A DNA stretch of 64,000 bases, taken from NCBI RefSeq assembly GCF_004010195.1, contig NC_057718.1, positions 98,084,876 through 98,148,875 of the forward strand, written 5' to 3'. The DNA comes from Chiloscyllium plagiosum (Eukaryota). The notes beneath the pieces were generated by a model. The model had not been told where the DNA came from, searched no databases, and saw only the letters and a program-made list of their open reading frames with translations. Within the stretch, counting starts at the first letter, position 1. The number at the start of each line of letters is the position of its first letter. Below, in pieces: positions 36,163-48,700 of the stretch. The position numbers and the translations under genes are program-made.

Positions 36163-36292
36163 CATTTCCGATGACGGGCTTATGCCCGAAATATCAACTC
36201 TCCTGCTCCTCGGATGCTGCCTGACCTGCTGTGCTTTTCCAGCAACACACTTGTCGACTCTGATCTCCAGCATCTGCAGTCCTCACTCTTTC
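36163..36292 (+). mobile_element. PLE family A pLTR fragment, degenerate hammerhead
   Basis: ccgatgacgggcttatgcccgaaatatc...gatgctgcctgacctgctgtg. Confidence 0.75.
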
Positions 36293-36344
36293 CACTATCC
36301 CTCCAGTGCCTGAGCACTGATTTCTCCCTAGAAAACTTAAGTGA

Positions 36345-36830
36345 CATTTTTTTATTTCAAAATATACTTTATTCATAAAAAAATCGCTGTAAGTATATGC
36401 ACATTGTCACAAATGCATTTCAGTTCTGTCCAGTTTCATATCAAGGAAACCATCAAGTTTTGGAGTTTGACTCGAACTAAACAAACCAACGGCATCTCTT
36501 ACTGGAATCAGACCATGTTCGAGGCACCAGGAGGGTGCGATAACTGAATGGACCCCCACTGAGCTTCAGCAGGAAGACCTCTGATGGTGGTGTATCCCCA
36601 CTCCATTTAGCAGCAGCTACCCCAAGCTTCAGTGCATCAGTCAGCACATAGTCCTGGACCTTGGAATGCGCCAGTCTGTAACACTCAGTCAAGGTCAGTT
36701 CCTTGTTCTGGAAGACCTAAGAGGCGTCATTCACCAAGGTGATGGTCCTCCAGGCGCAGTCAACGTTTGTCTCAGTGTGCATCCCAGGGAACACACCGTA
36801 GAGCATAAAGTCCTGCACCAAGGAGGTGAG
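36345..36830 (-). mobile_element. L1/Tx1-like LINE 3' fragment
   Basis: TECYRLAHSKVQDYVLTDALK; poly-T/tttatt end at 36345-36375. Confidence 0.6.
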
Positions 36831-37759
36831 AGATTGAATGACATTACTGCAACCTGTAGGCCATAATTTTCTTCAGACCATCTAGTGGTGCTTGACCTTA
36901 TTTAGATTTGCCCTTGTACTATTTGGTTTATATGGACTTGAGTGAAATACTCCTGTAAGTGTGAGCTGTTAATGTCGCAGTGTGGGAATCAGGGTATCTG
37001 GGACGTATGTGAACAGGGCAAGTAACGATCTCTCTCATTAGCCAAACAGATTGCAGGATTGTGAAATTCAGAGTGCAAGTAAATTAAAGAGGGTGAATTC
37101 AGTGTGTAACCAAGTACAGAAACAGAGAGTGGGAGGAAATGAAAAATTGGAATTAAAAGTGAGAGAAGAAAATAGATAGAAGGGAAACATATGAAGAACA
37201 ATCATTGAAAAATTTGTCTTTTTAAAATCTCCAACAGTGATTAAAATCTGAAGGAATGAGAGCCCATTCTCATTGTTGTTAATTTTCAGTGCCAGACAGG
37301 TTAACTAGCAATATTTAACATTTACCATATTATCAGGTTCATAGTTCCTTGACAGTGGAGTCGCAGAAGATGGGATAGTGAAGAAAGCATTGAAGAATTT
37401 AGTTCTTTATTGTTTCATCCACCCGTTGTTTGCTTTCTTGTTTTTCTGTTAATTTTTTAAAATCATTTTCCACCAGATTTAGGTTTCGCATTGTTAACTT
37501 CCCCTTTCTCATTCACATGCCTCTTCTCCTCCAACAAAATTCTGAGCCCTCCTGCCACATTCCACCCATTCACTTCTTCGTCATTCATTCCTCACCGCCT
37601 GAGCACTACATTAACACAATGGGAGAGTTTTCAACAAGAAGACCAGTTGTTCCTCATCTAGGATGGCGTTATCTCACATGATCTTAAACCAAACCTTGAT
37701 TTGCAGGCATTAGGCTTGGAGCCACTATTGGAGAGAGAATGAAGGCAGTGGCCTTGGTA

Positions 37760-38107
37760 TCATAGAATCCCTACAGTGTGGAAGCAGGCCATTTGGCCCA
37801 TCAAGTCCACACCGACCCTTTGAAGAGCATCGGTCCCTCCCACCCTAACCCTGTAACCCTGCAATTCCCATGAATAACGCACCAAGCCTGCACACCCCCA
37901 GACACTATGGGGCAATGTAGCATGGCCAATCCACCTAACCAGTATGTCTTCGGACTGTGGGAAGGAACCAGAGCACATGGGGGAAACCCACACACTCATG
38001 GAGTGAATATGCAAACTCCACACAGACAGTTGTGGGAGGTTGGAATCAAACTTAGGTCCCTGGTGCTGTGAGGCAGCAATGCTAATCGCTGAGTCACCGT
38101 GCCAGCC
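37760..38107 (-). mobile_element. HE1/V-SINE
   Basis: Full length, diverged. Confidence 0.88.
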
Positions 38108-38997
38108 GTGATTCACACACTCTCCCTGTCAGGATACAGTTCTGTTGTCCGCAAGTTTTGAAATTGCTCAGTAATATTGATTTCTCCATTTCAATCTGTC
38201 TGGGTTTTTTTGGATGGTGTAGTGGAATTGAAATTACACTGGTTTGCAGAATGCCTTTTTAGCCAGCTGAATGCCTGCCATATCTGAAAGTCGTGCAATT
38301 TTCTCACTACAACTGATTAACTCCCGAAGCGATTAGAATGCTGATCTCACTGTGGTTAGCTCATGGTAAACCCCAGTCAAATTATATGATGCATTACCAG
38401 CTGCAAAACAAAAACACCTTGCAAACTCATGTGTGGGGAAGGAGGCAATGATATTCCTGTTTATTGTATCTGTCTCAACCTGAAGCATAAGGCTTCATCT
38501 GTCCCCATGCAGAGAGACCCTGATTTCCACCGTCTCTCCATAAGTGTCTGGAGAGCACAAGCAAATCACTTGGAAATGAGTGCAAGTTGCTTGGGGATGG
38601 CTAGAAGGTGGAAAAGATGAATAATGTGGGAAGACTGATGAGGGAAAGGAAATAATAAATTGCTCAAACAAAATCTATTGCAAATTCTATACTTTGTTGG
38701 CAAGCTTGAAAATGTTCCAAAGCTGGTTTCATCTGAGTAACACAGAGGATTTTTACTGTGACTACACAGCCTGCTACAGGTGTATTGTATTAGAGAAGGT
38801 GAAGAGGGAGCTCAAAGGGATAGGAAATCCAACTCAAAGAAGCTGCCAACCGAGACAATGGTCGCAATGTGATATTACGTTGTCAGAGAAAAGCCCATTA
38901 GAGTCAAAAAAATAACTGACGATGCTGGAATCCAAGGTAGCCATCAGGAGGCTGGAAGAACACAGCAAGCCAGGCAGCATCAGGAGGTGGAGAAGTC

Positions 38998-39024
38998 AAC
39001 GTTTCAGGTGTAACCCATCTTCAG
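38998..39024 (-). ncRNA. Minimal hammerhead motif (family D) in a PLE repeat 38905-39025
   Basis: Reverse complement reads CTGAAGA-TGGGT-TAC-ACCT-GAAAC-GTT-gacttctccacctcc, same family as 382-430. Confidence 0.65.
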
Positions 39025-39792
39025 AGAGAAACCCACTGCATCATGTAGAATATTCATTTTCAAAGCACACCCCCCCCACCTCCGCTGCATGGAGCAAAGT
39101 TAGCATCCGACCAATAGGGAAACTGAAGGAACTGGGGGCACTGTTGACTTTGTATGTCTGAGTTATGGAATCAAAGAATGATTACTGCTCTGAAAGGCTA
39201 TTTGGCTCATCAAGAGCATGTTGGTTGTCATTTTAGTCAGCCCAAATAATACATTTTTCTCTATATGGTCATGAAGGTACATGATAGTTCCAAATTAGCA
39301 CCATCTATCCAAAACTCTATTTGACCCACATGCTCGCCTTAATTTGGAAGAATGGTTCCAGAAATGAGAAACTCACTTACGAAAGTCATTTGGAAAAATT
39401 GGGATTGTTTTCCTTGGATGAGGAAGGATGAGCAGAGATATCATAGTTTTCAAACTCTTGCGTGGGTTAAACCTATTCCTACTTATCTAAGGATTACGAA
39501 TAAATGAACATTGATTTAATGTTTGGAAATGAAGTAATTGCCATGTGAGAAAAACGATCTTTGTGCAGTGAGTCATTTGAGTTCTCAAATCACTGCCTGG
39601 AAATACGATGGAGGTAAATTCAAGAAAGACATTGAAGACGGTGTTATTTGATTATTTGAAGCCAAACGACATGCAGGGTTCTGGAGTAAAGAAAGGAGAA
39701 TGGCCTTGAGATATAATGCTCGTTTAGAGAGGCAGTGAAGACATGATGGATCCAGTAAACTCCTTTTAAACCATGACAAATTGTGGTTCTGT

Positions 39793-40195
39793 GACAAAAT
39801 TGCTGGGAATGCTCAGCAGGTCTGGCAGCATCTGCGGAGAGAAATCCAGTGACCCTTCCTCAGAACTGATGGTAGCTTGGAATAAGTTTTTTTTAATGCA
39901 GGAGTTATGGCGCGGGAGGAGATAGGGAGCAAACGACAGTTGGAAATAGAGCCCAAGGAGAGACAAGAACAGTTGGAGAGATAAAGGCACAGACTATTAA
40001 CAAAGGGTTGCTAATAATAGCAGACCCCTGTGATAAGAAGGCCTGGAGATGGGGTAAGGACATGGGAGAAGATGCCTCAGGTCCGAAAATTGTTGAAATC
40101 AATATTGAGTCTAGAAGGTTGTGGAGTTCCCAAGTGGAAAATGAGGTGCTGTACTTCCAGCTTGCACTGAGCTGCGCTGGAGCCATGCTCCTCCT
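39793..40195 (-). mobile_element. PLE 3' end (GIY-YIG C-terminus and family C repeat)
   Basis: QCKLEVQHLIFHLGTPQPSRLNIDFNNF; family C repeat at 39793-39870. Confidence 0.75.
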
Positions 40196-40346
40196 GTTTT
40201 AAATATTCTAACTTGGATGATTGGTTACAAATTGTTAATGTATAATAAATAGAAAAGTGGCCCGAGCATTGACAGTTAATCATCTTCAGCGTTTCTGGTG
40301 TATCTCCCAATAGTGCAAGAGTTCAGGCTGTATTCTGGTGAGATGA

Positions 40347-40527
40347 TTTGGAGGAGCCGGTGTTGGACTGGGGTGGACAAAGTTTAAAATCACACAACAC
40401 CAGGTTATAGTCCAACACGTTTATTTGGAAGCACTTGCTACCTGATGAAGGAGCAGCGCTCTGAAAGCTAGTGCTTCCAAATAAACCTGTTGGACTATAA
40501 CCTGGTGTTGTGTGATTTTCAACTTCA
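40347..40527. mobile_element. Fold-back PLE family B mini-insertion with TSD
   Basis: ggtgagatga at 40337-40346 and 40528-40537; 56-bp inverted arms at 40380-40435 and 40470-40525. Confidence 0.85.
40442..40470 (+). ncRNA. Minimal hammerhead motif (family B)
   Basis: CTGATGA-AGGAGC-AGC-GCTCT-GAAA-GCTA; AGCT palindrome, CUA cleavage triplet. Confidence 0.75.
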
Positions 40528-40878
40528 GGTGAGATGACAGGGGGTGGTTGTTCAATTTTGATTCTAAGGCAATGCTGTTGTATTTGGGATTGAGGTCTTT
40601 GTGCGTATGGGACGGCATTAATAACAGCATCCGGTAATCCCTACTGGAAATGCTGAGTGTACTTGTTGTCACTGGTAAATGGAATCAGACATGATGTGAC
40701 ACTGCCCGCTACCACCCAAAAGTTCAAACACTTGGAACAAAAGCAAAAATTGCTGGAAAAATTCAGCTGTGAAGCAAAAGTAAAGTGAATGTTTCAGGAC
40801 CAGTGCCCCTTCTTCAGAACTTCCTTTTGTTTAGTGTTTAATTATTTGGAAATGCTTAAAAGTTACATCATTTTCTTA

Positions 40879-41210
40879 ATCATAGAACCCTTACAGTGTG
40901 GAAGCAGGCCATTAGGCCCATCGAGACCACACCAATCCTCTGAAGGGCATCCCACCCCAGACCCAACCCCCCCTAACCTATCCCTATAACCCTGCATTTC
41001 CCATGGCTAACCTGCCTAGCCTGCACATTCCCTGGGCACCATGGGGCAATTTCCCATGGCCAGTCCACCTAACCTGCGCAGTTTTGGACTGTGGGAGGAA
41101 ACCAGAGCACGCGGAGGAAAGCCACAAAGACACGGGGAGAATGTGCAGATTCCACACAGACAGTCGCCCGAGCGTGGAATCAATCCTGTGTCGCTGTGAG
41201 GCTAACAATT
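40879..41210 (-). mobile_element. HE1/V-SINE
   Basis: V-domain and tail. Confidence 0.85.
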
Positions 41211-41634
41211 GTGGCTTACAGTATGACCGTAGTTTCCAACCCTTTACCCACTGTGACCACATTATTGCGACTTGAAAGTTGATGTGGACTGCTCAGTGAG
41301 AAAGAAGGCAAAGATAAAGGAGGCTGAGAAACCAGTGACCTGTTAGTACGGGGCCAGGGCTATTCTAATGCATTTGGAACTGCACAGCAGTCCTTACTGC
41401 TTCTGAGATTGGTACCAAAAAATTCCAGCTCATGACACCAAGTTCTGAGCCCACGTTTTGGAAAATGTGCTGCATAATAACATCAATATATCATTGTTGG
41501 CAATTACTCGCTAACAAGTATGATTGTCCACCTTGGAAATTCCGGGTCGCTGATCTTGGGTTCTGTGGGGTTTAGATTAGAGTGGTGCTGGAAAAGCACA
41601 GCAGTTCAGGCAGCATCCAAGGAGCAGAAAAATC

Positions 41635-41662
41635 GATGTTTCGGGCAAAAGCCCTTCATCAG
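41635..41662 (-). ncRNA. Hammerhead motif (family A)
   Basis: Reverse complement reads CTGATGA-AGGGC-TTTT-GCCC-GAAAC-ATC; palindrome CpG decayed. Confidence 0.6.
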
Positions 41663-41714
41663 GAATAGAGGCAGGGAGCTTCCAGGGTGGAGAGATAAAT
41701 GTGGGGTGGGTCGG

Positions 41715-42162
41715 NNNNNNNNNNNNNNNNNNNNNNNNNNNNNNNNNNNNNNNNNNNNNNNNNNNNNNNNNNNNNNNNNNNNNNNNNNNNNNNNNNNNNN
41801 NNNNNNNNNNNNNNNNNNNNNNNNNNNNNNNNNNNNNNNNNNNNNNNNNNNNNNNNNNNNNNNNNNNNNNNNNNNNNNNNNNNNNNNNNNNNNNNNNNNN
41901 NNNNNNNNNNNNNNNNNNNNNNNNNNNNNNNNNNNNNNNNNNNNNNNNNNNNNNNNNNNNNNNNNNNNNNNNNNNNNNNNNNNNNNNNNNNNNNNNNNNN
42001 NNNNNNNNNNNNNNNNNNNNNNNNNNNNNNNNNNNNNNNNNNNNNNNNNNNNNNNNNNNNNNNNNNNNNNNNNNNNNNNNNNNNNNNNNNNNNNNNNNNN
42101 NNNNNNNNNNNNNNNNNNNNNNNNNNNNNNNNNNNNNNNNNNNNNNNNNNNNNNNNNNNNNN
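41715..42162. other. Assembly gap (448 N)
   Basis: Run of n. Confidence 1.
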
Positions 42163-43362
42163 GACCTGACCAGGCAGTCACGGAGGGAATGGTCTTTGTG
42201 GAAAGCAGAAATGGGTGGAGAGGGAAATATATCTCTGGTGGTGGGGTCCGTTTGGAGGTGATGGAAATGTCGGCAGATAATGCGGTTTATGCGAAGTTTG
42301 GTAGGGTGGAAGGTGAGCACGGGGGGGGTTCTATCCTTGTTATGGTTGGAGGGGTGGGGTTTGAGGGCGGATGTGTGGGATGTGGATGAGATGCGTTGGA
42401 GGGCATCTTCAACCACGTAGGACGGGAAATAGCCATCTTTAAAGAAGGAGGCCATCTGGTGTGTTCTGTGGTGGAACTGGTCCTCCTGGGAGCATGTACG
42501 GCAGAATTGGGAATACGGAGGATGGCATTTTTGCAGGAGGTAAGGTGGGAAGAGGTGTAATTCAGGCCTCCACCCTGGAGGTTCCCTGCCTCCATTCCCG
42601 ATTAAAGGCTTTTGCCCGAAACATCGATTTTCCTGATCCTCGGATGCTGCCTGACCTGCTGTGCTTTCCAGCACCACTCTAATCTAAACTCTGGTTTCCA
42701 GCATCTGCAGTCCTCACTTTTGCCTTGGATTCTGTGAGTCCTTGTGTGGCTAGTAGGCCTACTCCTAGAGCCACATCTCCCACCTCACATTTAGCAGGGG
42801 ATTCTGGGAGATTGGTCCTTGGCATTCCTTTCTCAAGCTCCCTTTTCATACCTTCTCTTGCCGATGGGTGTTCTCCTTTGTACAGGAGGTTCCTCTAAGT
42901 CAGTTTCTTCTGAGCGAGGGTCTCCCATACAACATTAATATTCCATTTCTTGAGGGAGCACTTCAGGGAGTCTCTGAAAAGCCTCCTCTGCCCTCTTCTT
43001 GTTCGAGGGCCTTCCTTGAGCTGGATGAAGAAGATTTGCTTTGGTAACCAGAACTCAAGCATCCTAAGCACATGGCGGGCTCACTGGAGTTGGTTGCAGA
43101 GCATTAAACAGTGTCAATAGCATAATAAACATCCCAAGGTGCTTCACGTAGGCATTATAAAACAAAGTATAACAGTTGGACATGTAAGGAAAAATTTGAT
43201 TGACACCAAAAGGTCGGTGATGGAGAAAAGTTCAAAGAATTGTCTTAAAGGAGGAAAGCAAGCTCGAGAGGTGGCAACATTTAAATAAATTCTTTTTAAG
43301 GCTAATGTTTGTGCTTTACTCTATAACAATATTTTCCAAACCTTTACCTAACTCTGAGCTCA

Positions 43363-43606
43363 TGATGTAGCCATAGTAACAAGGTCAGTCAGCTGGACCC
43401 CATGGAATATGAGTTCCCTGATTGGGCCTGTTAATCAGGCCTGTTAATCAGGCCCAATCAGGGAGCCCTGGCTGACATAAAAGGATAAATGTCAGGGATA
43501 CTGGCTCTCTAGTGCCTGACTCAGTAAGGTGCAGTATGATAGTCAAAGGCTACTTGTAAATAAAGGGCGATTTGTGATGGGATACAGTGTCTAAAGAGTT
43601 GTTTCA
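43363..43606 (+). mobile_element. Candidate solo LTR
   Basis: TG...CA ends, inverted CCAAT hairpin, cataaaa TATA-like motif, aataaa at about 43559; no clear TSD. Confidence 0.45.
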
Positions 43607-44438
43607 GGTATCAAGGCTTGAAGATGGCTTTATCGCAAGAAAACAGCAGACCTCAAGAGTCTAGACAACTGAAAACATGGCCGTGAGTATAGATAACTCA
43701 TACCATTGTAGGGTTAGAGGAAATGGAAGAGATGGGGAGGGGTCTGACCATGGAGGGATTTGAACGCGTGGATGAGAATTCTAAAATTGAAGTGCTGCTA
43801 AATCAATAATTGAGCTCAGTCATTAAGCACAGTGAAGGTGGTGAATGGAATTTGGTTCAAATTCGGACATTGGGAATTGCTGCACGACCACAAATTTGTG
43901 AAGGGGCCATGTCAGGAGGCTGACCAGGAACAAATTAACTCTGGAGGTAACAGAGGCATGGATATCAATATCAGCAACAGAATAGCTGAGATGGGGTGGA
44001 GACAGGTGATGTTACAGAGGTGGAAATAAACAGTCTGAGAAATGGTTAGGGTGTGTGGCTGATTCCTTATCTCTGTGTGGGAAATGCAAACAGTGTGGTT
44101 CAGTCTCAGACAGCAGGGAGAGGGATAGAGTCAGTATTGAGGAATTGGAGTTTATTGACACTGGTTTTTGTCTTCCCCAGTTGAGCTGCTGGTGAGAGAG
44201 ATGGTGCTGAGGTAGAGTGTGTTTGTTGTCATCAAAATAGATGGGTAAACTTTGTTTTTGCTCTCTGCCATCGTGGGGCAGTATGTAGATGAGAAATAAG
44301 ATGTCCGTGATGGATTCTGGAAGGGGAAAGGAGACTTCAGATATAACCACAACTTCTATTTATATAGTGCTTTCAATCAACAATTCCAAGGCAATTCACA
44401 GAGCATTATAAAATAAAGTATTACAGCTAATCCATAAA

Positions 44439-44748
44439 GGGCACAATGGCAGAGTGGTTAGCACTGATGCCTCACAACACCAGGCACCCAGGTTCAATTC
44501 CACCCTCTGTGGAATTTGCACATTCTCCTCGTGTCTGCATGGGTTTCTATCAGGTGAGCTGGTTTCTTCCAAAGATGTGCAGGTTAGGTACATTGACCAT
44601 GCTAAATTGTCCATTGTGTCCAGAGATGTGCAAACCTTAGGTGAATTAGCCATGGAAAATGCCAAATCATTGGGTGGGATTTCCTCAGAGGGTTGATGTG
44701 AACTCGATAGGCTGAATGGTCTGCTTCCACACTGCAGGAGTTCTATGA
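44439..44748 (+). mobile_element. HE1/V-SINE (diverged)
   Basis: Head, V-domain and tail. Confidence 0.82.
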
Positions 44749-44959
44749 AAGAAAGTAAACTTATTACAGAACTTTAGGCTGCTTTGTTATTAGAGAGAGA
44801 CAACTGATGGTGTTTTAATGAGGGTAACCACACGTCAGATGAGGAGAGAGATTGAGAAGAAGAATTATTCACAGTAACCGCAGTCAGTGCAGGCAATGAG
44901 CCCATACTGTTGGCATGACTGTGCATCACAAACCACCTATCCAGCTAGCTGACCCACTC

Positions 44960-45280
44960 TATGAGATACTAGGTCAAACAATCAGAAGCTTAGCTGATGA
45001 AGTAAGCTTTAAGGACTGTCTTTGAGGAGGAGAGCAAGGTGAAGAGGGGAGAGGTTTAGAGAGGGAATCCCAGAGTTCATACCTGGGCAGTTGTAAGCAT
45101 GGCCACTAAAACTGGAGCAGTTGTAAATGTGAGTTTGACAGAGGCCAGGATGAGAGAAGTACAGATATCTGAGAGGGTGTGTGGCTGGAGGAGATGACAA
45201 AGATATGGAGGGGACGCGGACACGGAAGGATTTGAAAACAAGACCGCAATTTTTGATTAGAACCATATGTGAATGGGAAG
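44960..45280 (-). mobile_element. L2-like LINE 3' fragment (related pieces at 21900-22050 and 43130-44300)
   Basis: 'tttaaggactgtctttgaggaggagagc...gagaggtttagagagggaatcccagag' pattern typical of L2 3' ends. Confidence 0.45.
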
Positions 45281-46097
45281 ACAAATCTCTGGTAATTCTC
45301 TGATTGCATTGAGGTAGATAAGAATGGAACCAGACAAGTGTGGTCCAACCCAGCCGGATGTCTGTGGCGAGGAATTAGAGAAGAATGGATATGATTAACG
45401 AGTGAGAGCCTGCAGTTGGAAAGGGCTGGTCTTTCTTGACCAAAGTCATTGGGGACGTTTTAGAACAGTGTACCTAGTTTCACAGCTGGGGACTTGGCCA
45501 TTGCATGAGGAGGAGCAATACTGAGGAAATGTAAGCCAAAGAAACAATGCTATCTTCAGCTGTTTACTCTGATGGGGATTAAAGATAACCACACAACATT
45601 TCTTCAGTACATGGCAAGTTCTAATGGGATAATGATCTGTTTACAAGCTAATTGTAGTTAAGATAAAGGGCACAGTGAGACCTTAGATTGGGTGATCGGG
45701 GTGCAGGGACCTTGGGTAAGTTATCTTTCCCACGGTTAGACTGTAATTGCCTCATATTCCCAGAGTGATGCCTTGTTGCTGACACTTTGATCTTTATCAC
45801 TTATCAGGGCACTCGTTTCAGATGCTGGGTGAGAGGACAGCATGTGTCTTTAGTGCACGTTCTATTTCACAAGTAATTAAGTTATGACAGTATCAATTAC
45901 TTCAATGTAGAAGATTTCTTTTTGCTTCCTGAGGTAGACACCAGATCATGCCGTCCTCAAAGGTCATACATCATAAGAGGTGAAAGTTCAATTTCACTGT
46001 AGGATTTCTAGCAAGTGACGTACGTGGATGCTGGTGGTACAGTTTCCTCACTACCCTTACGTGCCTCAATATTTCACTATCCTTATCATTAAGTCTT

Positions 46098-46225
46098 CAG
46101 TTCTGAAGAACAGTCATATAGGACTCAAAATTCTGCTTCTCTCTCCATGGTTTCTGCCAGACCTGCAGAGTTTCTTCAGCACTTTCTGTTTTCTTTTCAG
46201 ATTTCCAGCACATTTTGTTTTCATT
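46098..46225 (+). mobile_element. PLE family C repeat, hammerhead degenerate
   Basis: gttCTGAAGAacagtcatataggactcaaaa...tgccagacctgcagagtttc. Confidence 0.6.
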
Positions 46226-48439
46226 TTAAGCGAATATCCTTTAGGAAAGGATTTCTGCTGTTCTTAAACTGGTCTGGCTTTCCTTTGTTCCAGATCCATA
46301 GCAATGTCGTTGACTCTTAACTGCCCTCTGGGCAATTGAAGATGTGTGATAAATGCTGGCCCAAAAGTGACCGCTACACCCCAAAAACGAATAAAATTTC
46401 AATACAACCGCATTTGATTTCAATCCTAATTTTTGGCCTTTAACAATATACTGTTTACACTGGGCTATGGTTTCACAGGAGATAATGTCCATTTGGCCGT
46501 CTGCACAATTTGGGCTTTCATCTTCCAAGTGGGAGAGCGAATGCCTGCTGTTTGTTGGCAATCAGCATCAAACTTGTCATTCACCCCACAACTTCAGGCA
46601 CCCATCTCCTGGTGAGGGTCACTGATCAGTGGTCGGCCATGAGGAGTTTTTTCTTCCTAAGCAAAACTCCCCAAGAGCTGCAATTGTTTGTTGCACCGCT
46701 GGACCTGTCAAGGGGAGAGCCGATCAATGACCAGATGATCTGCTATGCTGATGTTAACTGACGGGTAAGTATTGACCAGGAGATCTTCCATTGCTTTTCT
46801 TTGAACACTGCCTTTCTGAGACAGTATTCATCATGTTCAGCTAAAAGAGGATATTACATTAGGGTATCTGTCCAGAGTAAGGACACAGACTTCTAGGGTG
46901 AAATTTGTGCCCGTGATTAAAAGGAGAGAATGCTGCCATTAAACAATACTTAATATCTGGAATTGGAATTTAAATATTGTTTGGGATAAAAGTTAAAAAG
47001 TGCTTTAATGACCAAGCAGTATATAAAAAGATGTTGAAAAACAATGTGAGAGGATGCTTCTTATTGTTATGATTTTAATATATCATAAAAATTAGATTTT
47101 AAATAGACCTTAAAAAACTTCTTCATGATGAAATTATGCTTTGCGTAACAAAATTTCATGTGAGAAAGTTCACGGTATTTGGAACTGATTGTGCTAGTGC
47201 TGCAGAGTGACAGTCATTGAGCAGCAAGGATAAGGTTATTGTGTAAACAACCATTTCAAACTGAAGCTTCTGCTTTTGTCACCAGAAGTAATTGAGGCAG
47301 TGATTGTAGAACACTTCTTGACTCACTGAGAGTGAAACGTTGCTGCCCGGGCTGGGAAGTGGGTTTCAAGGACGATATTACAAATGGACTGGACATTGCT
47401 TGTGTTGTTTGGTACGTGTTTTCTTTCAGGAGGAACAGGCAGCTAGTTGTTCAGGTGTTCACAATTCTGCTGTATGGCTGAAAAACAACAACATTAAACA
47501 GATAGGTTTTCGTGCAGAGTGGGACGGAATTTTAATCGTTGTAAATTCTTCATAAGACTTGAACTTGAGGAGCTGTTCATTACTGAGCTGTACTGAAAGA
47601 CCAAGCTGCTGAAAAGATCAATGTTAAAGAGATCGGGAGAGAAGGAAGGACTACAGTGAAGTTGCTGCCGACAGACTGTTGGATTGTGAAAGGCACTGAA
47701 GTCTCTTAACCTGGGGCTTGAGCTTTGACATCATTGATATTCAACAAGATTGTCAGCTAAGTGTGGGCATGCCTGATGTTTGCTTTCCAGCAGTTTGATT
47801 TCAAGGCGTTGTTGTACGGTACGAATGATGTGTGACTACTTTTGTTCTCCTTCGGAAACCAAGGTTTGTGGGGTGCATGGGGTGGCAGAGAGTCATCCGG
47901 GCATTTGGAAGAGTAGTGTAAGTGGGCAGAGGTTGACCAGATGTTGGAGGAGTGGTGAGTACAGCACAGGACAACACTCCCACTTTACGGCTCCTCAGAA
48001 TTCCTTGTACTGCGAAACTCTTTACGTTTGATGTCTTTCATCAGTCATGCTCTGTACAATTGTTTCCCAAACCACGGTACTGAGATAATAGCTTGCTAGA
48101 TTTTAATCATTTCTCCAAACAGAATCCTGTTGCATTAATCTTTGTGTTTGCTTCCTAATATCATTAGTGATGACTGAAATAGATACGAAATGAAGATGCT
48201 GACAGTGTAACTGCTGTTACTGACTCCTGAGGTGCAAGACTGCAGTCATCCATCTTCCCTTCACCTATTTTTTCACAGCTGGATGGGGCAGACATCAAAA
48301 GAGAGTGTCTCCAAAACAAGTTCAGAACAAACTGTCTTTGGTTTCTCTTTGTGAATGTGATGCATGATTTGAAGGACTTTGGATAATTCATATCGTGACC
48401 AAGTCTCCTGCAAATTGGTTTCATTGCTTAGGAATATGA

Positions 48440-48700
48440 TTAGATTAGATTCCCTGCAGCCCAACCAGCCCACACCGACTCTCCAAAGAGTAACCCACCC
48501 AGACCCCTTTCCATCTGACTAATGCACCTAGCACTATGGGCCATTTCGCATGGCCAATTCACCTAACCTGCACATCTTTGGACTGTGGGAGGAAACTGGA
48601 GCAAACCCTCGCAGACACAGGTAGAATGAGGCTGGATTCAAACCTGGGACCCTGGTGCTGTGAGGCAGCAGTGCTAACCACTGAGCCATCGTGCTGCCCC
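48440..48700 (-). mobile_element. HE1/V-SINE
   Basis: (TAGAT)n tail, V-domain and head. Confidence 0.88.

Larger units (their letters stand above)
41568..42723 (-). mobile_element. PLE with inverted terminal repeats around an RT C-terminal fragment; spans the assembly gap
   Basis: CSQEDQFHHRTHQMASFFKDGYFP...RTPPVLTFHPT; family A repeats inverted at 41568-41700 and 42565-42723; flanks cttgggttctgtg / cttggattctgtg. Confidence 0.85.

Noticed and set aside
41520..42677. Long ORFs containing X runs
   Set aside because: Artefacts of translating through the N gap
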